Origin: Ylistrum balloti
Taxonomy: Eukaryota
NCBI RefSeq assembly: GCF_031769215.1
Contig: NW_026782006.1
Coordinates: 908,070 to 972,069 of the forward strand
Length of the DNA stretch: 64,000 nt
Reading direction: 5' to 3'
Below, in pieces: positions 58,901 to 64,000 of this stretch (positions within the stretch are counted from its first letter, which is position 1; each line of letters starts with the position of its first letter). The position numbers were made by a program, and so were the translations under genes. The notes under the pieces were generated by a model. That model saw nothing but the letters and a program-made list of their open reading frames with translations. It did no database searches and was not told the origin of the DNA.

Positions 58901-61900
58901 AAAGTGAGTCATACAGTAGACATGTACAGGTAAAAATGTGTCATACAGTAGACATGTACAGGTAAAAGTGAGTCATATCGTAGACATGTACAGGTAAAAG
59001 TGAGTCATACAGTAGACATGTACAGGTAAGATTGAGTCATACAGTAGACATATACAGGTAAAAGTGAGTCATACAGTAGACATGTACAGGTAAAAATGTG
59101 TCATACAGTAGACATGAACTGGTAAAAGTGAGTCATACAGTAGACATGTACAGGTAAAAGTGAGTCATACAGTAGACTTTCAACGAAAAGGAAAAAAAAA
59201 TCAGTTATGAGAAGAAGATTGTGATTAAATAATGATATAACTGTTTTATTACTATAGTCAAACTTCATTAATTCAAATGCATATTCATCCTAAGTTTGTC
59301 ATTTGACCAGTTGGCAGCTATTTTCGGTGTGTTGGAGGCTATATTACTAAGGATTGCAGATGACCTTGAGAAGTTTACCATGGTTGGCCAGAACATCGTT
59401 CAAAGACTGTTATCTTCACAAATGGCTACAGTATACTTTACCCTGCTGGTGACTAACAAGTCTGGTCACATCAAGGTTACCCTCAAGCTTCTGACAGCTA
59501 TGGTGATGTTGGGAGACCGGTCAGCCCGGATGGTTCTTGCTCAGTTTGATTTCAACAATCCAGTCCTACCACCATTATTGAATCGCAGAGACAAAAAGGT
59601 AGGATAATGCAAAAAAAATTCATGTGTAATCCTTTTGGTAAAGAATGTTGAGTGAAAAAAAATTATCATCTGTGTTCATTGGGCGAATTATTGAACTGTT
59701 GGTGATTGAAATAAAATTGATCAAATTTTTATATGATCATGAAAAATTTTTAGGGGTTGTATTATGTTCTGATGTTGTCCATCTGTCTATCCATCTGTCT
59801 GTCCATCTTTTTGTCCATCTGTTTGTCCATTTGTAAACTTGTGCTTTTCCTGAGATCTCCTCCCACAGTTTTTACACATAATGTTTCAAACGTTACAGAC
59901 AGACATGAAGTTGTGCCTCTCTGAACAGCATTTTGATTTGATGTTTTAAAAAGAGTTACTGCCCTTTTTTTCGATCATCTTTATTTTCTCTTGAGACCTC
60001 TTTATAAGGTGGCATTTTGACTTAACAAGTTTTTGAAAATCATTGCCCTTTATTCTCTCATTTTTCAGCTACTTTCTTTTAAGCTTGGTAGACTTAATTT
60101 TACTGACATGACATTGTGCTTTCTCAAGAGCATTTTGATTAAACTGTTAACTGATTGTCATATTTCAATGCATAATAGTATCTCTCTTTTACATGGGACA
60201 GGCTTATATTGTTCTGCCCTGCAGTATTCTTGTTTTGTATAGCTCTTTGGCCAAGTTATTGAAATACTCAGTCATGGTTGTACCCTGTTGTGTTCCAGGA
60301 TCCTAAAGATGTACGTACATGCTTGATTCACTTTATGATGTCTTTTCTGATCACTGGGAGTGATGATGTTGTCAAACAACTAATGGAACAAAGAGGTAGG
60401 ATTTAGATGTGTTTCAAAATTGGGAAATGAGAAAAATGTCATCATAACCATCAATAGAAATTTGTTAGCAATAATTATTTACATATTGATCAAAAGGATT
60501 TTGTCTAGTCCACATTTGTTAAGACCCTGGATCCTTTTACCATTTTTGAAGGAAGGTGTATTGGAAGAACGGCACGCTCCTATCTTCCTGTAATAAGTAA
60601 TTGTGTTGCGCTACATTTTCATTTTATACAAAGTTTTGATGGAAACTTAGTACCCATAAACCTGATATAGTTGTGTACCTGTGTGCTCCGTAGTGTAACA
60701 GGGTTTGCAGGTTTACTTTGATCTTATAAGCTTTGCTGATAAAAAGTATGTTTTCAACATAATTTTTGTCCATTTATACGTTCCACATGCTGCATGAACC
60801 TAGGGTAAAATTGTAATAAATGATAAATTTTCATATCATTTAGACAAGCTTCATGTTTGATTTCAGGTTTCCTTGGTAGCTTGATACCTGGGCTCCAATC
60901 TGATAGTGTGGGTAACATACAGATGGTAATGTCTACATTACTTCACAAGGTAAAGATAATGTAAACTGAAACTAAAGGATGTTGGATTTGATATCATCTG
61001 CTAGAGATATTTCCAAATTTATATATAAACATACCATTAAAATGTGGCTTATGCATTGGACTAATATGTATGTTGACATACCCATTCTGTGTGGCAGATA
61101 CATTGGACTAATATGTATGTTGACATTCTCATTCTGTGTGGCAGATACATTGGACTAATATGTATGTTGGCACACTCATTCTGTGTGGCAGATACAATGG
61201 ACTAATATGTATTTTGACATTCTCATTCTGTGTGGCAGATACATTGGACTAATATGTATGTTGACATACCCATTCTGTGTGGCAGATACATTGGACTAAT
61301 ATGTATTTTGACATTCTCATTCTGTGTGGTAGATACATTGTACTAACATGTATGTTGACATACTCATTCTGTGTTGTAGATACATTGGACTAATATGAAT
61401 GTTGACACACTCATTCTGTGTCTTAGATACATTGGACTAACATGTACGTTGACATACTCATTCTGTGTGGCAGATACATTGGACTAATATGTATGTTGAC
61501 ATACTCATTCTGTGTTTGAAATATGATTCTGTTCACATGACAGTATTTTTTTGTTATTTTTGACATACCTAAGTTGAGATTTTCTGAGATTGAAATGATA
61601 CACATAAACCCAATCTCACATACTAGTGATGTTAACAACAAGCTTTATATATATGTTCAGTGTTAAAAGAAGATTTAAGATATGCCAGGTTCCCCATATC
61701 ACATTGTATTAGCTTGTTTAGGTTTTGTCAATATACAGTCACTGTTCTTATATTCAGGTTGTCCAGAATCCTGCAGTTAGTAAGACATTAAAGGTGCGAC
61801 TGTTTACCGAGTCCAACATGAGACTTTTGGGTCAGATGTACCACTGGACTGGTCCTAGCACCTGGCAGAACCGGCCAGCAGAGGATCAGATAGAGGTTAG

Positions 61901-63507
61901 TAAAAATCTTCACCATTCTGAGAAACTTCGCATAAAAGTTTCATTATTATAAGATTAGTTTGTCTTTATGTGATCATATGAAATCCTTAAATTGCAGCGA
62001 TAGTTTAGAAATTTAAGTTTTAATGAAAATATATCATACCCTTTACATGGTATTAAATTATGATATATAAACATTTAATATACCAGTAGAATGATTCCCC
62101 AACATGAAGGCATCGGAGGTTGAAGTCTCAAATCTTAACATGACTTTCAGTCAATTTCAATTTCCAGGTAACAACAAAAATTTAAGGTGTAGTGTAGTTG
62201 GTATTTTTTATTTGAGATATAACAAAGCATTGCCATACAGTTAAAAGAGTGGATATTCTTGTATGGGGTGGGAGAAGTATATGAATAGATTTAAACATTT
62301 TCTCCACTAACTTGATGGTAATAACCTTTAGCAGTTATGTAATATGTATAGCTTTTTCCAGGCATAGCATTTTTTTGCGGTTCAATGAAATGTTGGCATT
62401 TATATTATCACACATCAATAAAGAGTGCATTCTGTTTACAAAGCTAAAGGAAACTTATCTCACAGGTGGGTGATGCCAATCAAACTGAGGACCAGAAAAC
62501 CGTGTCAGAGGCTACACACCAGCTCTTGGTAGAGTTGTGTTCCTCTCACAGATATGGAATCAACTTCTACGACAAATCACTGGGCACTACTGGACAGTAA
62601 GAAATATTCTGTAACTTCAGTATCAAGGAAATTAGAGCTGGACAGGTGTTACTCTGGAAACACTACCAATACCTTACTAATATAGGATTTGAACATCTAA
62701 AATTGAATTCTAACTCTGAGTGGGATTTGAGTATCAGACTAGTGTAGAAAGTAATATTTCATAAAGTACTTTCGCTTTTCTTATTGGTTTCACTGTGAAA
62801 GTGTTTGTGTAAGCAACATGAATAGAACACTAGGTTACATTGTATTACAAAGATTCTGTAAAATCCTCGAGGGGAAAATCAAGATGTTTGTTCACAGAAA
62901 AAATATTGGAAACTAAAGTCAAGGGCATGAAAAACAGTAGTAATACACTTCTAAACTTTGATTTTTTTTCCCCAGAAATCAAAACCACATTTTGACCAGT
63001 TTCTTGACATCACTGACCAAAGTAACAGAATCACCACTGATCCAGGAATTGGTTATAAAGACACTTCGGGCATGCCCAGACCAGCTGTGTCATTTCCTGC
63101 CCTCCATGTTAAACATCCTGTCACCACGACCTTCTCCTAAGTGGCGGGCTTCAATGGCGTTTCTCTGCAAGGTCATGATCAGACAGTTCTGTATCAAAGC
63201 TTAATCTAACACAAGATTAATCATTACCATAGTGATAGCTGAAATGGGAATGTATTTTTTATGAAATTCATTATCAGAAAAATGATTACAAAATTTAGGT
63301 TGATTTTTATTTCACTGCAGAAAAAGTCAATATAGCAGACAAGGTAATATTAAATATTTGCTTCTTCAGATTTTTGAAAAACAGTCAGACCTACCAGCTG
63401 TGTTCAAGATCAAGGAAAGAGTGAATGCCCATAAATTTGTGGATATGTTGATGGTGGACACCTTACCTCCACAGGAGATGTTATACACTGTACTGCAGGC
63501 TCTCAAG
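55799..63507 (+). CDS. URB1: URB1/NPA1 (nucleolar pre-ribosomal-associated protein 1) N-terminal part, exons 1-9; gene continues beyond the window
   Basis: Spliced exons collinear with the human URB1 N-terminus (…FKAQLKDP…, EDVYDVVEGYIKISVECVEIFQLL, IFQVFEAILLRTASDL...LSLMTAMV, HGINFYDASLGTFG, LVVNILKVCPDLL). Confidence 0.8.
56355..56950. mobile_element. Cluster of interspersed-repeat modules (…tctgaacagc[at]ttttg… / …aaagagtta[tc]tgccctttctctttttcagc…), URB1 intron 1
   Basis: Shares ~40-60-bp blocks with 59885-60245 (URB1 intron 3); probable MITE/SINE-like family. Confidence 0.45.
57389..57528 (+). CDS. URB1: URB1 exon 2 AFEQFSETARQWSEEHGYDIIAGYCRSSAECSEIFKVLEAGKRKPGE
   Basis: Acceptor tatcttatttcag|, donor GAG|gtaatc; phase 1 in. 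Confidence 0.8.
58109..59180. repeat. 32-bp minisatellite (acaggtaaaagtgagtcatacagtagacatgt), about 33 copies, URB1 intron 2
   Basis: Tandem periodicity; each unit contains CAGGTAAAAG and AAAAGTGAGT (strong 5-prime splice-site consensus). Confidence 0.95.
59311..59598 (+). CDS. URB1: URB1 exon 3 LAAIFGVLEAILLRIADDLEKFTMVGQNIVQRLLSSQMATVYFTLLVTNKSGHIKVTLKLLTAMVMLGDRSARMVLAQFDFNNPVLPPLLNRRDKK
   Basis: Acceptor tcatttgaccag|, donor AAG|gtagga; strongest URB1 match. Confidence 0.85.
59769..59830. repeat. 12-bp tandem repeat (gtccatctgtct) x5
   Basis: Direct tandem copies. Confidence 0.85.
59885..60245. mobile_element. Second copy cluster of the same interspersed repeat, URB1 intron 3
   Basis: Motifs tctgaacagcattttgat, aaaagagttactgccctttttt and attgccctttattctctcatttttcagc shared with 56355-56950. 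Confidence 0.45.
60299..60395 (+). CDS. URB1: URB1 exon 4 DPKDVRTCLIHFMMSFLITGSDDVVKQLMEQR
   Basis: Acceptor ccctgttgtgttccag|, donor G|gtagga. Confidence 0.8.
60867..60949 (+). CDS. URB1: URB1 exon 5 GFLGSLIPGLQSDSVGNIQMVMSTLLHK
   Basis: Acceptor tcatgtttgatttcag|, donor AAG|gtaaag. Confidence 0.75.
61052..61515. repeat. 47-bp minisatellite (cattggactaatatgtatgttgacata[cc]tcattctgtgtggcagata), about 10 copies, URB1 intron 5
   Basis: Tandem periodicity. Confidence 0.95.
61758..61895 (+). CDS. URB1: URB1 exon 6 VVQNPAVSKTLKVRLFTESNMRLLGQMYHWTGPSTWQNRPAEDQIE
   Basis: Acceptor ttcttatattcag|, donor GAG|gttagt. Confidence 0.8.
62466..62596 (+). CDS. URB1: URB1 exon 7 VGDANQTEDQKTVSEATHQLLVELCSSHRYGINFYDKSLGTTG
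   Basis: Acceptor aaacttatctcacag|, donor CA|gtaaga. Confidence 0.8.
62976..63171 (+). CDS. URB1: URB1 exon 8 QNQNHILTSFLTSLTKVTESPLIQELVIKTLRACPDQLCHFLPSMLNILSPRPSPKWRASMAFLCK
   Basis: Acceptor tttgattttttttccccag|, donor AAG|gtcatg (weak); phase 2 in matches exon 7. Confidence 0.75.
63370..63507 (+). CDS. URB1: URB1 exon 9 IFEKQSDLPAVFKIKERVNAHKFVDMLMVDTLPPQEMLYTVLQALK
   Basis: Acceptor tatttgcttcttcag|, donor AAG|gtcagg, which is also the first base of a 75-bp minisatellite. Confidence 0.75.
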
Positions 63508-64000
63508 GTCAGGGTCACATACATCACTCAGAGTCTTGGTCACTAAAATCATACAAGGTCAGGGTCACATACATCGCTCAGAGTCTTGGTCACTAAAATC
63601 ACTCAGGGTTAGGGTCACTCAAATCATTCAAGGTCAGGGTCACATACATCACTCAGAGTCTTGGTCACTAAAATCACTCAGGGTTAGGTCACTCACATCA
63701 TTCAGTGTCAGGGTCACATACATCACTCAGAGTTTGTGCCACTAAAATCACTCAGGGTTAGGGTCACTCACATCATTCAGTGTCGGGGTCACATACATCA
63801 CTCCGAGTTTGTGCCACTAAAATCACTCAGAGTTAGGGTCACTCACATCATTCAGTGTCAGGGTAACATACATCACTCAGAGTTTGTGCCACTAAAATCA
63901 CTCAGGGTTAGGGTCACTCACATCATTCAGTGTCGGGGTCACATCAATCTGAAGGTCAGTGTCACACATCACTCATTAGGTCACTGACACTCATCTTTTC
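63508..64000. repeat. 75-bp minisatellite built of three ~25-bp subrepeats (g[gt]tca[gc]ggtcac[at][tcn]a[ac]atca[ct]tca), 6.5+ copies, starting with the URB1 exon-9 donor GTCAGG; truncated at window end
   Basis: ORF period of 25 aa; units 2 onward recreate CAAG|GTCAGGGTCAC. Confidence 0.9.

Overview
This window is metazoan nuclear DNA, not a prokaryotic locus. I found no CRISPR array, operon or bacterial defence system. It is AT-rich, has spliced genes with GT-AG introns, and is heavily loaded with minisatellites. I reconstructed three protein-coding genes from splice sites, reading-phase continuity and recalled (not searched) similarity to human proteins. (1) A PARP4-like vault-type poly(ADP-ribose) polymerase gene on the minus strand, with the BRCT, PARP catalytic, VIT and vWA domains in order. 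Its coding sequence runs from 45463 down to 20576 in 27 modelled exons. (2) A CHMP1 gene (ESCRT-III, CHMP1B-like) on the minus strand, 54623 down to 50320. It contains two paralogous 98-bp exons that look like a mutually exclusive pair. (3) The first nine exons of URB1/NPA1 (nucleolar pre-ribosomal-associated protein 1) on the plus strand from 55799, continuing past the window end. The region 3-prime of PARP4 (1-19.5 kb) is a satellite block. It contains a 5.1-5.5 kb higher-order repeat present three times, itself built from three different minisatellites and unique spacers, flanked by 72/78-bp, 74-bp and 33-bp arrays. PARP4 introns carry at least eight more arrays with unit lengths of 31 to 72 bp, including one of about 67 copies of 47 bp. 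The most unusual pattern is that several minisatellites start exactly at exon-intron junctions and copy the splice site itself: 17 copies of the PARP4 exon-9 donor, about 27 copies of the exon-19 acceptor, the URB1 exon-9 donor, and the CHMP1 exon-6 donor in triplicate. Exon coordinates are my manual reconstructions and may be off by a few bp. A few exons (PARP4 16, 17, 25 and 27) have unresolved boundaries. The taxon is an inference: an invertebrate, bivalve-mollusc-like in repeat content.
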